Assembly: GCF_009914755.1 (NCBI RefSeq)
Contig: NC_060931.1
DNA from: the human T2T-CHM13v2.0 reference genome, Homo sapiens
Strand: one strand, 5' to 3'
DNA length: 64,000 nt
The stretch's first letter is position 1. The number at the start of each line of letters is the position of its first letter. The notes under the pieces were generated by a model. The model was given only the letters and a program-made list of their open reading frames with translations, was not told the origin of the DNA and made no database searches. The position numbers and the translations under genes are program-made. Below, one piece after another: positions 63,913-64,000 of the stretch.

Positions 63913-64000
63913 TTTTCTTTTTTTCTTTTTTTTTCTTTTTTTTTTTTTTGAGACAGAGTCTTGCTCTGTTGCCCAGGCTAAAGTGCAGTGGTGTAATCTT
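63913..64000 (-). mobile_element. Alu (truncated by window edge)
   Basis: polyT + gagacagagtcttgctctgttgcccaggct. Confidence 0.88.

Overview
Human (primate) genomic DNA containing the complete two-exon serotonin receptor 5A gene HTR5A (7q36) on the + strand. The CDS is 6498..7238 + 19798..20130 (357 aa class A GPCR) with a single ~12.6 kb intron. A CpG-island promoter carries three tandem RE1/NRSE (REST) motifs. The ~40 kb downstream is intergenic and repeat-rich (Alus, an SVA, MaLR/ERV LTRs, Tigger/Charlie/MER20 DNA transposon relics, L1 relics, VNTRs). Most notable observations: (1) a 450-bp apparently identical copy of the HTR5A 3'UTR inserted 4,076 bp downstream into a Tigger3 element, with junction microhomology; (2) a ZNF532-derived processed pseudogene with twin-priming-type inversion; (3) the triple RE1 cluster; (4) a 22-bp VNTR that arrays 14 perfect AACCGGTT (Grainyhead-type) palindromes; (5) a decayed antisense ERV in the intron with paired LTR-like remnants and an internal duplication; (6) a 231-bp pure-purine tract with (GAA)31. 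I see no convincing new protein-coding system; nearly all other ORFs are repeat-derived. Repeat subfamily names come from memory of consensus sequences, and repeat boundaries are approximate.
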